From an uncultured virus (IMG/VR IMGVR_UViG_3300028393_000024) (lineage: Duplodnaviria; Heunggongvirae; Uroviricota; Caudoviricetes): a stretch of DNA of 64,000 nt. The stretch lies in the IMG/VR virus record IMGVR_UViG_3300028393_000024, one strand, 5' to 3'. Below are positions 38,054-47,986 of this stretch, one piece after another. Below the pieces are notes generated by a model. The model was not told where the DNA came from. It did not search any database and saw nothing but the letters and a program-made list of their open reading frames with translations. Made by a program: the position numbers and the translations under genes. Each line of letters begins with the position of its first letter. The stretch's first letter is position 1.

Positions 38054-38680
38054 ATGACCACAGCACTCACTACCAGAGTTTCCACCAACGCAACATTTGC
38101 TCCCACAGTAAAGGGATCGCCGATTTCAAGCGCAGAAATTGATAACAACTTTATCAGTTTGGCCACAAACAAACTAGAAATTGCCAATAACCTTGCTGAT
38201 TTACAGGATCCACCAACAGCAGCTACTAACCTTAGTGTTGGAACTTCTTCTCAGGCGCAGTTTGGATCGCTTGGTGTTGGTACTACAGGTTCTGCAACAA
38301 CTGGTGAGATTAGAGCAACCAATCAAATTACTTCTTACTACTCTGATGCTCGTTTAAAAACAAACATCAAAACAATCCCCAATGCTTTAGAAAAAGTAAT
38401 GCAAATTACAGGTGTTACCTACACAGGTAACAAACTGGCAGAATCTTTTGGGTTTGATCCAAACCAAAAACAAGTCGGTGTTCTTTCTCACGAAATTGAG
38501 GCAGTACTGCCTGAAGCAGTGAAGTCGGCACCCTTTGATATTATGCTTTTTGAACACACTGAGATGTCAAAATCTGGTCAAAATTTTAAAACTGTTCAAT
38601 ACGAGAAGCTGGTTCCTCTTCTTATAGAGGCAATAAAAGAACTAAATATAGAAGTAAAGAAATTAAAGGAGATTAAATAA
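38054..38680 (+). CDS. Short fibre protein with peptidase S74 intramolecular chaperone domain
   Basis: YYSDARLKTNI...GVLSHEIEAVLPEAV...VQYEKLVPLLIEAIKEL; N-terminal TVKGSPISSAEIDNNF. Confidence 0.85.
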   Translation: MTTALTTRVSTNATFAPTVKGSPISSAEIDNNFISLATNKLEIANNLADLQDPPTAATNLSVGTSSQAQFGSLGVGTTGSATTGEIRATNQITSYYSDARLKTNIKTIPNALEKVMQITGVTYTGNKLAESFGFDPNQKQVGVLSHEIEAVLPEAVKSAPFDIMLFEHTEMSKSGQNFKTVQYEKLVPLLIEAIKELNIEVKKLKEIK

Positions 38681-38877
38681 TGGCAACAGATGGCTCCCTA
38701 CTAGGGCAGAAAGCGGTAACGCTACCCTCTGACACCACTGCGAACAGACCAACTGCTGTTCAAGGTATGTTTAGATTTAATACATCACTAAATCAACTAG
38801 AGTACTATGATGGTACAGCCTGGACTCAGCTTGATGCTGGTGGTACAGCTGTTGCGTTATCAGTTGCGCTGGGTTAA
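38680..38877 (+). CDS. Small fibre-associated protein
   Basis: TTANRP...GMFRFNT...LEYYDGTAW, a common phage fibre module. Confidence 0.7.
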   Translation: MATDGSLLGQKAVTLPSDTTANRPTAVQGMFRFNTSLNQLEYYDGTAWTQLDAGGTAVALSVALG

Positions 38878-38888
38878 AGGAAAACTAA

Positions 38889-39215
38889 ATGGCAAATACA
38901 TTCACTCGATATGTCGCTAAAGGTGTAGGAACTTCTGCTTCTACTCTGCTAACAGCTGGCGCATCTACTCAAACTACTGTTATTGGTTTAACAGTGGCAA
39001 ACACTACATCCTCACCGATCAGCGTTAGCGTACTTGTTACTGCTTCTGCCGTTGACTACTATATTGTTAGTCAGGCAACTGTTCCTGTCGGCGGATCCTT
39101 GGCATTATTTGGAGGAGACGGTAAACTTGTGTTAAACACCAGTGATGCATTTAAAGTTCTTTCCAGTGTAGCTTCTTCGGCAGATGCCATTGTATCAGTG
39201 CTGCAAATTACATAA
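38889..39215 (+). CDS. Small beta-rich virion protein
   Basis: 108-aa ORF with an AAGGA SD, starting MANTF and containing TVIGLTVAN and KLVL. Confidence 0.7.
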   Translation: MANTFTRYVAKGVGTSASTLLTAGASTQTTVIGLTVANTTSSPISVSVLVTASAVDYYIVSQATVPVGGSLALFGGDGKLVLNTSDAFKVLSSVASSADAIVSVLQIT

Positions 39216-39225
39216 GGAGTAGACC

Positions 39226-40515
39226 ATGGCTTACCTTGGTAATACACCAACTTCGCAAAGTTTTACTTCCAATATAGATTACTACAGTGGAACAGGTTCA
39301 GCTACAGCGTTTACACTGTCACGTTCAGTGGCCACGATCAATGATATTTTGGTTGTTGTTGATAACGTGGTTCAACGACCAACTGATGCTTATACACTGA
39401 GCGGAAGTGTTATCACCTTTACTTCTGCTCCACTGAGCGGAACTAACAATATCTATGTTCGTTATATGGCAACAACTACTCAGGTTGTTGCTCCTGCCGC
39501 AAACAGCGTTTCCTATTCTTCTTTGACCTCAGATATGCAAAGTAATATCTATGGGTTCAAGAATCGTATTATGAATGGTGGTATGGGTATTTGGCAAAGA
39601 GGTACTAGTTTTACTGTCGCTGGTTCTACTTTTGCATATACTGCAGATCGCTGGGTTGTATATTCTGCAAATAGTTCAACTACGGTATCAAGAAATTCAA
39701 GCATTCCAACTGGTACTGGATTTCCATATAGCGCACAAGTACAGCGCACTGCTTCAAACACAGGAACAAGTGCTGTATTTTTCCAACAAATAATTGAATC
39801 AAATAATATGCTTGATCTAGCAGGTCAAACAATAACATTAACATTCTGGGCAAAAGCAGGTGCCAATTTTTCATCAGGAAGCACTGGTGTATACATTAAT
39901 ACAGGAACTGTTGCTGATCAAGGAACCGCAGCTTCTCTTGGTAGTTGGACTGGATACACTTCTGCTGCTACATATACTTTTACGCCAACAACAACTTGGA
40001 CAAAATATACTGTAACTGCTAATTTAAGTTCAATTGCTTTAGAATTATCAACATTATTTTTCTATAACCCAACAGGTACTGCTGGAGCAGATGATTCTCT
40101 TTATATCACTGGTCTTCAGTTAGAAAAAGGCGCAACAGCAACTAACTTTGATTACAGACCTTATGGTGCTGAAAAACTTTTGTGTATGAGATATTATGAA
40201 AAAACATATCAAGATGATGAAGCACCTAATAGAGTTAATCCAAATACAGCTAATGCATTAACTGGTGTTGCAACAAGTACTACTAACATTGCTTGTCATT
40301 GGAAATTTTCAGTACCTAAGAGAACATCAGCAACAGTACAATATTATTCTTGGAATGGAACTGGTGCTGGTAAGTGGGCAAATTTAAGTAATACTGATGT
40401 TACAGTTTCAACACCGTGGGGTGCTGGTTATACTGGATTTGCTAGACTCGATAGTACGGGTCTTACTGCTGGTGCTTTTTATTGGGGCTTTGCGGCTGCA
40501 GATGCGGAGTTATAA
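39226..40515 (+). CDS. Putative receptor-binding / adhesin protein (CBM-like domain family, copy 1)
   Basis: MAYLGNTP anchor, KNRIMNG..IWQRGT, GLQLEKG..AT.FDYRPYG...CMRYY; ends AEL. Confidence 0.7.
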   Translation: MAYLGNTPTSQSFTSNIDYYSGTGSATAFTLSRSVATINDILVVVDNVVQRPTDAYTLSGSVITFTSAPLSGTNNIYVRYMATTTQVVAPAANSVSYSSLTSDMQSNIYGFKNRIMNGGMGIWQRGTSFTVAGSTFAYTADRWVVYSANSSTTVSRNSSIPTGTGFPYSAQVQRTASNTGTSAVFFQQIIESNNMLDLAGQTITLTFWAKAGANFSSGSTGVYINTGTVADQGTAASLGSWTGYTSAATYTFTPTTTWTKYTVTANLSSIALELSTLFFYNPTGTAGADDSLYITGLQLEKGATATNFDYRPYGAEKLLCMRYYEKTYQDDEAPNRVNPNTANALTGVATSTTNIACHWKFSVPKRTSATVQYYSWNGTGAGKWANLSNTDVTVSTPWGAGYTGFARLDSTGLTAGAFYWGFAAADAEL

Positions 40516-40517
40516 AA

Positions 40518-40679
40518 ATGTATAAATTATCAACACCTTGGAATGGTAAGTCTCTAGTTATTATTAGACTTAGTGACAATGCTTGTATTCCTATTGACAA
40601 TAATAACAGAGATTATAGGGAATACCTTAAATGGCTTGCTGAAGGTAATACACCACTCCCAGCAGATACGGAGAAATAA
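40518..40679 (+). CDS. Small fibre partner / chaperone (IPxDxxNxDY family)
   Basis: MYKL...IPIDNNNRDYREYLKWLAEGNTPLPAD; ATG follows the GGAG in the upstream stop region. Confidence 0.7.
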   Translation: MYKLSTPWNGKSLVIIRLSDNACIPIDNNNRDYREYLKWLAEGNTPLPADTEK

Positions 40680-41851
40680 TGGCAGTTACACAACTTGGTT
40701 CCAATGGACTTGCCGATAGCGCAATAACAACTACAAAGATTGCGTCAAGTGCAGTGGCAACTGCTTCACATGCTGATGCCAGTATTACTCCAGCCAAGAT
40801 GGCAAACTCTGGTAGAGAGTTGGGTATGCGCAATATGTTTATCAATGGCAACTTTGATATTTGGCAACGTGGAACATCCTACACATATCCAGGTGGTATT
40901 TGGCTTTATGGTCATGCTGATCGTTGGGGTGGTCACTTTGATGCTAGCATTGCTGGATCTTGGTCAAGAAGTACCAATGTGCCGAATAGTAATTCTACAT
41001 ACTCAATGCGTGTTGCTGGACAAACAAGTGGATCTTCTGCGTATCTAGATCAAAGAGTTGAGGCTGTTAATGGTAGAGCAGCACTTGCCGCTGGTTCCAT
41101 AACTGTAAGTGGTTGGATTAAACGAACAGGAAATGCTGCTTCTTCAGTTTCTTTAAATTTAATTACACCAACTGCTCTTGATAACTACGCATCCTATAAT
41201 TCGCTCGGTGCTATTTTCACTGCAAATAATACTATCAGTGGTAATGGTACTGCATCTGCCAGCACTTTAACACTTACAACAGCAGATACATGGTACTACT
41301 TTACTTTGACTGATACCAGCTGGGCATCGAGAACTGGTGTTGCCAATGGTGCTCAGGTTTTCTTTTCTTTTGGTGGACTATCAACTACTGGCAGCTACTA
41401 CGAAGTTTCTCAGATGCAACTAGAAGCTGGTCCAACAGCAACTCCTTTTGAGTATCGTTCATATGGTGCTGAGTTGGTACTATGTCAGAGGTATTATTCA
41501 AAATCTTATAACGACAATGTTGTTCCAGGCACAGCAACACAAGTTGGAATGGAAGTTGCTGGATTTCAAGGTGCTTCTGGACTTGGTGGTGCTTATGGAA
41601 ATGTTAAATTTCCTGTTAAAATGAGAACAACTCCAGGAACAATTAATATTTGGGATGGCGCAGGAACAGCAAATACACATTCATACACATATGGTGGTGC
41701 TGGTTCAGCGCAAGGAATTTCTAATGGAGGTAGTTGGTGGGGTTCTGGTACACCATTTAATACAAGTCATAGTGGTTTTTTTATGCGGCCAACAGGCAGC
41801 CAAGCAAGTGCTTGGAATTATGTTCACTATACGGCTGATGCGGAGTTATAA
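40679..41851 (+). CDS. Putative receptor-binding / adhesin protein (copy 2)
   Basis: RNMFINGNFDIWQRGT...QLEAGPTATPFEYRSYGAELVLCQRYY; ends AEL. Confidence 0.7.
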   Translation: MAVTQLGSNGLADSAITTTKIASSAVATASHADASITPAKMANSGRELGMRNMFINGNFDIWQRGTSYTYPGGIWLYGHADRWGGHFDASIAGSWSRSTNVPNSNSTYSMRVAGQTSGSSAYLDQRVEAVNGRAALAAGSITVSGWIKRTGNAASSVSLNLITPTALDNYASYNSLGAIFTANNTISGNGTASASTLTLTTADTWYYFTLTDTSWASRTGVANGAQVFFSFGGLSTTGSYYEVSQMQLEAGPTATPFEYRSYGAELVLCQRYYSKSYNDNVVPGTATQVGMEVAGFQGASGLGGAYGNVKFPVKMRTTPGTINIWDGAGTANTHSYTYGGAGSAQGISNGGSWWGSGTPFNTSHSGFFMRPTGSQASAWNYVHYTADAEL

Positions 41852-42046
41852 ATGTATAAATTAATAGGATATTATGATTACGATAACCACTTAAATAAAG
41901 TTGGTGAACTTAAAGTGGAAAAAAATGCTGTTCTCAGATTAAGAGACACCGCATATGTGTACTTCAATGAAGATAGTAAAGATTATCAAGCATACCTAAC
42001 ATGGGTCGAAGCAGGCAACGATCCTGAACCAGCGGACGAGGAATAA
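41852..42046 (+). CDS. Small fibre partner / chaperone
   Basis: KDYQAYLTWVEAGNDPEPAD. Confidence 0.7.
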   Translation: MYKLIGYYDYDNHLNKVGELKVEKNAVLRLRDTAYVYFNEDSKDYQAYLTWVEAGNDPEPADEE

Positions 42047-42047
42047 T

Positions 42048-43073
42048 ATGGCAATCTCAACAATAGGTACTAATGCTCTTGCCGATGGTACAGTTGGCAC
42101 TGCTGATATTCAAGACACAAGTATCACTCCAGCAAAGATGGCAAATAGTGGTGCAGAGTTTGGAATGCGCAATCGCCTTATCAATGGTGCGATTGGAATT
42201 TGGCAGAGAGGCACTTCTTTTACAAGTAGCGGTGTTTCAACATATACAGCCGATAGATTTTATGGTAATGCATCTTCAGGAACAATAACACGTTCTACTG
42301 ATGTTCCAGCGGGATTTACATATTCATTTAGCAATGCTGCTTCGTCTACCGCATATCCTGGAATTACTCAACGCATTGAGTCTGTCAATATTGCAGACTG
42401 CGCTAGTCAGGCAATAACTGTTTCATTTTATGTAAAACAAACTTCTGGTACTTCTAGTGCGCTTAATATTAATTTGGCTTATCCAACTGCAGTGGACAAT
42501 TATACATCTAGCACAACTATTGTTGAAACAAATGTTGTCGCCACCATGCCTGCATCATGGACTCGTTACACATTTACATACACATTACCTTCTAATGTTA
42601 CAAATGGAATGTCAATTGTTTTATTCATACCGTCTGCTTCGGTAACAGCAACATTCTTAATTACAGGAATACAACTAGAAAAAGGCAGTACCGCAACACC
42701 CTTTGAGTATCGTCCTTACGGTACTGAGTTGGCTTTGTGTCAGAGGTATTATTGGAAAACAACTGGTGGTTATGGAATTCCTTCAGTAGGAGCTGGAATG
42801 GCATATAATTCTTATACAGCAAGAATTCACATACAAAATCCTGTTCAAATGAGAGCTTCTCCTTCTTATAGTTTTTCAGGAAATTTATACATATTGCAAA
42901 GTAATGCGAACGGAATATTATTGAATGCTTTAGCTACAACTTATGCTGGATTATTATCATCAATGATTGATGTTAATGTTAGCGGCACTGGTTATTTTAA
43001 TGCTGGATATGCAACTCTCCTTTGTGTAGATAATTCAGGTAGTTATTATTTTGCTGGTTCTGCGGAGTTATAA
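42048..43073 (+). CDS. Putative receptor-binding / adhesin protein (copy 3)
   Basis: RNRLINGAIGIWQRGT...GIQLEKGSTATPFEYRPYGTELALCQRYY; ends AEL. Confidence 0.7.
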   Translation: MAISTIGTNALADGTVGTADIQDTSITPAKMANSGAEFGMRNRLINGAIGIWQRGTSFTSSGVSTYTADRFYGNASSGTITRSTDVPAGFTYSFSNAASSTAYPGITQRIESVNIADCASQAITVSFYVKQTSGTSSALNINLAYPTAVDNYTSSTTIVETNVVATMPASWTRYTFTYTLPSNVTNGMSIVLFIPSASVTATFLITGIQLEKGSTATPFEYRPYGTELALCQRYYWKTTGGYGIPSVGAGMAYNSYTARIHIQNPVQMRASPSYSFSGNLYILQSNANGILLNALATTYAGLLSSMIDVNVSGTGYFNAGYATLLCVDNSGSYYFAGSAEL

Positions 43074-43074
43074 A

Positions 43075-43230
43075 ATGACATATAAATTATATAAAGATTT
43101 TTTGGGAAATGAATGTTGTGTTGTATTAGATGGAAAAATGTCCATTCCATTTGACCCAGCTAACACTGATTACCAAGCATACCTAGCATGGGTTGCAGAA
43201 GGTAATGAACCACTTCCTGCCGACGAATAA
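43075..43230 (+). CDS. Small fibre partner / chaperone (below ORF-track cutoff)
   Basis: Manual translation, 51 aa: MTYKLYKDFLG...SIPFDPANTDYQAYLAWVAEGNEPLPADE*. Confidence 0.75.
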   Translation: MTYKLYKDFLGNECCVVLDGKMSIPFDPANTDYQAYLAWVAEGNEPLPADE

Positions 43231-43258
43231 ATACTAAAGAAACCTAAAGAGACTATCA

Positions 43259-44620
43259 ATGGCATATATTGGCTCAAGTCCAACCTCTACAGCATTCGTT
43301 ACGGATTCCTTTAATGGTAATGCGTCAACCACAGTATTCACAATGTCTGTGGCACCTGCCAATCCTTCCTCTGCGCTTGTTGCTATCTCAGGTGTTCTTC
43401 AGGATCCAACAACCTATGCTGTTAGCGGAACATCACTGACATTCTCTTCAGCACCACCACTTGGTACTGGTAATATTTCTGTTCGTTATCTAGGCATACC
43501 TGCTTCTGGTATAACAACAACAGCGTACCGAACTCTTACTGAGTTCACTGCCACTGCTGGTCAAACAACTTTCTCACCACCATCTTACACTGTTGGATAC
43601 ATTAATGTGTATCGCAATGGGTCACGACTTGGCACTGCTGACTTTACAGCAACCAATGGAACTTCTGTTGTGCTGAACAACGCAGCAGGTGTCAGCGATT
43701 TAGTTGCCATTGAATCTTTCTATATAACTTCAGTTACTAATGCGTTACCACAAACTGGTGGTGTAATTAATGCACCTTCAGGTGCTGTTGCGCTACAAGT
43801 TCAAAGCAATAGTGCTGTTGGTATATATCAAGACTCAAGTGCCAATGTGGGTATTGGTACTGCTTCACCTTTACAGAAACTTCATGTTGCAAGTGCTGCA
43901 AGTGCAGGTAATGTTTATCAATTAATTGATAGTAGTGCAACCACCAATGGATATAATGCTGCCACTCTATATAAGAACTCAGATCGTATGTTTAGGGTCG
44001 GTGCTCTTGGTGGTGTTCAAGGATTTACTGGTGGATACTTTGTTATCTATGATGAAACTGCTGGCGCATGGCGCATGGTTATTGATAACAGTGGTCGAAT
44101 GCTTGTTGGATTGAATTCAGCAAATGCTAGTGGTTCAAACTTTCAAGTTTCCCAAGGTGTTACATTCCCAGCTACTCAATCTGCATCTGCTGATGCGAAT
44201 ACGCTAGATGATTATGAAGAAGGTACATGGACACCATTTTGGAGTCCTGCGACAACTAATTTTGGTTCTATAACATATGCAGCAGACACTGGTGGAAGAT
44301 ACACAAAAATAGGAAGAATGGTATATGTTCAGTTTTTTATTCAAGTATCTGCTTATTCTGGTGGAAGCGGGTTTTTAAGACTGCAAGGATTTCCATTCAA
44401 TACAGATGGTGTGTCAAATCAAAATCAAGGAGTTACTGTTCATTTGGCAGGGTCATGGGGAACTAATACAATTAACAGTTTAGACCTTGGTGGTACATCA
44501 GCTAATGCTAAATATCGTACTGCTGCAAATGGTACTCTTGATAATGGTAATTTAAATGTAACTGATATGGCAACTAATTGTTTCGTGAGAGCATGTTTTT
44601 GCTATCAAACATCAACTTAA
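43259..44620 (+). CDS. Tail fibre / adhesin protein with DDYEEGTWTP domain
   Basis: MAYIGSSP anchor, NVGIGTASP repeat and ANTLDDYEEGTWTP...YTKIGRMV. AATAAATA late-promoter-like element at about 43226. Confidence 0.7.
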   Translation: MAYIGSSPTSTAFVTDSFNGNASTTVFTMSVAPANPSSALVAISGVLQDPTTYAVSGTSLTFSSAPPLGTGNISVRYLGIPASGITTTAYRTLTEFTATAGQTTFSPPSYTVGYINVYRNGSRLGTADFTATNGTSVVLNNAAGVSDLVAIESFYITSVTNALPQTGGVINAPSGAVALQVQSNSAVGIYQDSSANVGIGTASPLQKLHVASAASAGNVYQLIDSSATTNGYNAATLYKNSDRMFRVGALGGVQGFTGGYFVIYDETAGAWRMVIDNSGRMLVGLNSANASGSNFQVSQGVTFPATQSASADANTLDDYEEGTWTPFWSPATTNFGSITYAADTGGRYTKIGRMVYVQFFIQVSAYSGGSGFLRLQGFPFNTDGVSNQNQGVTVHLAGSWGTNTINSLDLGGTSANAKYRTAANGTLDNGNLNVTDMATNCFVRACFCYQTST

Positions 44621-44665
44621 ATTAACTAATCTGGATTGATTAGTCGGACACAAAAGGAAAATGAA

Positions 44666-44917
44666 ATGAGTTTAACAAAAGAACAAGCAATTGATAAAAT
44701 CGAAATTGTGGAAAATGGTATTCTACAAGTTCGTGAAATAACACGCATCATGGAAGATGGTAAGCAATTATCTTCTTCCTATCATCGCTGGTCATTCGCT
44801 CCAGGTAGCGATGTTTCATCAATGCCAGCAAATGTTCAAGCGATTGCTGCAGCTGCATGGACTACAGAAGTCATCGCTGCCTATGAAGCACAGGTTGCTG
44901 AACAAGCACCTAAATAA
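44666..44917 (+). CDS. Small fibre partner protein
   Basis: MSLTKEQAIDKIEIVENGILQVRE...SYHRW...VQAIAAAAWT, preceded by an AAGGA SD. Confidence 0.7.
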   Translation: MSLTKEQAIDKIEIVENGILQVREITRIMEDGKQLSSSYHRWSFAPGSDVSSMPANVQAIAAAAWTTEVIAAYEAQVAEQAPK

Positions 44918-44941
44918 TAGAGAATAATAAAGAGACCATAA

Positions 44942-46630
44942 ATGTCATATATTGGATCAAGTCCGACTACCGCTGCATTCGTAACTGATTCTTTCAGCGG
45001 AAATGCTTCAACCACAGCATTTACAATGTCGGTTGCTCCAGCAAACACTTCATCGGCACTTGTTGCTATCTCTGGTGTTCTTCAGGATCCAACAACATAC
45101 GCAGTTAATGGAACAACACTTACCTTTTCATCGGCACCTCCGCTGGGCACTGGTAATATTTCCATTCGTTACCTTGGCATACCTGCTTCTGGTGTAACAA
45201 CCACTGCTTATCGTACAGTGACTGAGTTCACTGCTACACAAAACCAAACAACTTTCTCAACTCCATCCTATACTGTTGGTTACATTAATGTATACCGCAA
45301 TGGTATTCGTTTGGCCAGCGGAGACTACACAGCATCAAGCGGAACTTCTGTTATACTAAACAACTCTTGCTCACTAAGCGATCTAGTAACTGTTGAGTCG
45401 CTATCAGTTAGTTCTGTGAGCAATGCGATTCCGCAAACTGGTGGTATCATTAACTCGCCATCTGGTGCGACACCACTACAAGTTCAAAGTAATAATATTC
45501 TTGGACTGTATCAAGATGCCAGTGCCAATATTGGTATCGGCACTGCTTCACCATCGTCAAAATTGCATGTTGCTGGTGGTGCTGGTTCTACTATTAGAAA
45601 TACAGCATCTTCTGGATCATCGTGGTTTGTTGGTAGTAATGTAGATTCATATATTTTACATAATGAATCAAATACACCAATGGTACTTACAACTAATGCC
45701 ACAGAACGTATGCGTATCACTGCTGCTGGTAATGTTGGAATTAATTCCGCTGCACCTGGCAGAAGATTTGTAACTAATTCACCTTCTGCAATGAAATTAT
45801 CCACTGCGCAAGGTGGATTATTTGCTGACGTAGGAAATGATGGTGGTGTATTAATTGGTAGTGATTTCGCTGTTGGTAGTATTCAAGGTTGTAACGCAGC
45901 AGGAACATCTGCCAAGAATTTAATGCTTCAACCAGAAGGTGGTGGTGTATTAATTGGTACAACTACATTATCTGGTAAATTCACTGTGGTTGGTGGTCGT
46001 TCATTCTTTGCCGCTTCCAGTGAAGTTTATGCTGTTGGTGCTAGATATTCTGAAAGTGGTGGAACAGTATATTTTGGTGCGACAGATGCAACCTCCACAC
46101 CTGGAGTTCAGATATCTTCTGCTGGCGGTGGTGCTCTTGTATCAATTCTCGCTACTGGTCAAATTGGCATGGGTGCCGCAAGTCCAGGTACAGGAAACAC
46201 TCTAAAGGTATTTGGAATCGGTACTGATAATGCAGTTCAGTTTGGAAATGCTTCTTCTGGTGTTTACTTACCATATGCATCACCAACATCATGGTCTTCA
46301 TATTCAGACGCAAGATTAAAAGATATTGTTGGTGATTACGAAAATCCACTGGATCATATTTTACAACTTAATCCTGTTAAGTATACTTTTAAATCTGATG
46401 AAAATAAAAAAGTTCACATAGGTCTTTTGGCGCAAAATGTTTTAGAAGTTATTCCTGAGATTGTTGACGAGAATACTTTACCAGATGATAGCGTTGATAA
46501 AACTAAGTATCTTGCTTTAAGATACACTGATATTATTCCAGTATTAATTGGCGCAATCAAAGAACTCAAAGCAGACCTTGACGCAACCAAAGCAGAATTA
46601 GCTGCTCTTAAAACTAAGGTAGGTAACTAA
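44942..46630 (+). CDS. Tail fibre protein with C-terminal peptidase S74 chaperone
   Basis: N-terminal ~200 aa closely paralogous to 43259..44620; TERMRITAAGNVGI repeat; SDARLKDI...GLLAQ...YTDIIPVLIGAIKEL. Confidence 0.8.
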   Translation: MSYIGSSPTTAAFVTDSFSGNASTTAFTMSVAPANTSSALVAISGVLQDPTTYAVNGTTLTFSSAPPLGTGNISIRYLGIPASGVTTTAYRTVTEFTATQNQTTFSTPSYTVGYINVYRNGIRLASGDYTASSGTSVILNNSCSLSDLVTVESLSVSSVSNAIPQTGGIINSPSGATPLQVQSNNILGLYQDASANIGIGTASPSSKLHVAGGAGSTIRNTASSGSSWFVGSNVDSYILHNESNTPMVLTTNATERMRITAAGNVGINSAAPGRRFVTNSPSAMKLSTAQGGLFADVGNDGGVLIGSDFAVGSIQGCNAAGTSAKNLMLQPEGGGVLIGTTTLSGKFTVVGGRSFFAASSEVYAVGARYSESGGTVYFGATDATSTPGVQISSAGGGALVSILATGQIGMGAASPGTGNTLKVFGIGTDNAVQFGNASSGVYLPYASPTSWSSYSDARLKDIVGDYENPLDHILQLNPVKYTFKSDENKKVHIGLLAQNVLEVIPEIVDENTLPDDSVDKTKYLALRYTDIIPVLIGAIKELKADLDATKAELAALKTKVGN

Positions 46631-47751
46631 TGACACAAGCAGTTGTTACAGCGCAAAATGGTGGAGCAGATTACTCTGGCACCTTTCGTAACAAAATAAT
46701 CAATGGTGACATGCGTATTGATCAGCGCAATGCTGGTGCAAGTATTTCAGCTGGTTTAAGCACTTTCACTGTTGATAGATGGCCAGTGTATGCTTCGGTA
46801 GCAAGCAAAGGAACAGCAGGTCAAAACCTCAACGCAGTTACACCACCAACTGGTTTTTCAAATTATCTTGGATTTCAAACTGGTGGCAGTGCATATAGTG
46901 TAACAAGTAGCGACCTGTTCTTTTTCTATCAAAACATTGAAGGATATAACACTTCTGAATTAAATTATGGAACTGCAAATGCTAAAACAGTTACAGTATC
47001 CTTTTGGGTAAATAGTTCATTAACTGGAACATTTGGTGCGCTATTAACAAACAGTGCATACAATAGAGCATATGGATTTACTTATACTATTTCTGCTGCC
47101 AATACTTGGACATATATTTCTGTTCCAGTTCCTGGAGATACAAGCGGAACATGGGTCGGTGGTACCAATGGTATAGGAATGACATTAAGAATTAATCTTG
47201 GTTGTGGTTCTAGTTCTAATGTGACAGCTGGTTCTTGGCAATCTGCTTCTGCTTCTGGTGTAACAGGAACAGTTAGCGTTTTAGGAACAGCCAATGCTAC
47301 TTTCTACTTTACTGGTGTTCAGTTAGAAGTCGGAACTCAAGCAACACCCTTTGAGCGTCGTCCTTACGGTATGGAGTTGGCACAGTGCCAAAGATATTAC
47401 TATAGAACACCAGCGCAAGGAGATGGTGCTCAACACTACAACATAATGGGTCGTATAACAGGATTAAATCAAAGTGTTTTCACTTCAAATTTACCTGTTA
47501 GTATGAGGACATATCCTGCAATATCATTAACTCCAGCATATAATACTGGATCGGGGTGGCAAACTAATTTAGCAGGAGTCTCCAATGCAGCTTGGACAAG
47601 TGCTCCTACTCAGTTGTCTCCAGAGTTAAATAAGTTTTGTTTTTATGTTGGTACAGCAACATGGTCTGGTACATATGTAGGTACATCTGTTCAACCATAT
47701 ACACCTACTGGTGTCGCTGCCAACTACATAGAATTAAATGCGGAGTTATAA
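46630..47751 (+). CDS. Putative receptor-binding / adhesin protein (copy 4)
   Basis: FRNKIINGDMRIDQRNAG...GVQLEVGTQATPFERRPYGMELAQCQRYY; ends AEL. Confidence 0.7.
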   Translation: MTQAVVTAQNGGADYSGTFRNKIINGDMRIDQRNAGASISAGLSTFTVDRWPVYASVASKGTAGQNLNAVTPPTGFSNYLGFQTGGSAYSVTSSDLFFFYQNIEGYNTSELNYGTANAKTVTVSFWVNSSLTGTFGALLTNSAYNRAYGFTYTISAANTWTYISVPVPGDTSGTWVGGTNGIGMTLRINLGCGSSSNVTAGSWQSASASGVTGTVSVLGTANATFYFTGVQLEVGTQATPFERRPYGMELAQCQRYYYRTPAQGDGAQHYNIMGRITGLNQSVFTSNLPVSMRTYPAISLTPAYNTGSGWQTNLAGVSNAAWTSAPTQLSPELNKFCFYVGTATWSGTYVGTSVQPYTPTGVAANYIELNAEL

Positions 47752-47752
47752 A

Positions 47753-47986
47753 GTGAATACATATAAAATTCAATTAGAACCAGATAGAGCTGATGGTGGT
47801 GTTAGACAACCATGTGCTGTTTTGCGTTCCGATGGTTGGAGTATTCCACTACATCCAGACAATACTGACTTTCAAACTTTTGTAAAAGAATTAACAGTTG
47901 ACTTTACAATACTTCAGGATGCTGATGGTAAGCAAGCTGATCAAGGAACTATCAAAGCAATATTAAAGATTAGGAATAATCAATGA
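47753..47986 (+). CDS. Small fibre partner / chaperone
   Basis: GTG start after the GGAG motif; SIPLHPDNTDFQTF. Confidence 0.6.
   Translation: MNTYKIQLEPDRADGGVRQPCAVLRSDGWSIPLHPDNTDFQTFVKELTVDFTILQDADGKQADQGTIKAILKIRNNQ

Noticed and set aside
44625..44644. Hairpin ACTAATC-TGGATT-GATTAGT as a terminator or ncRNA
   Set aside because: Weak AT-rich 7-bp stem without a U-tract, which is insufficient evidence.
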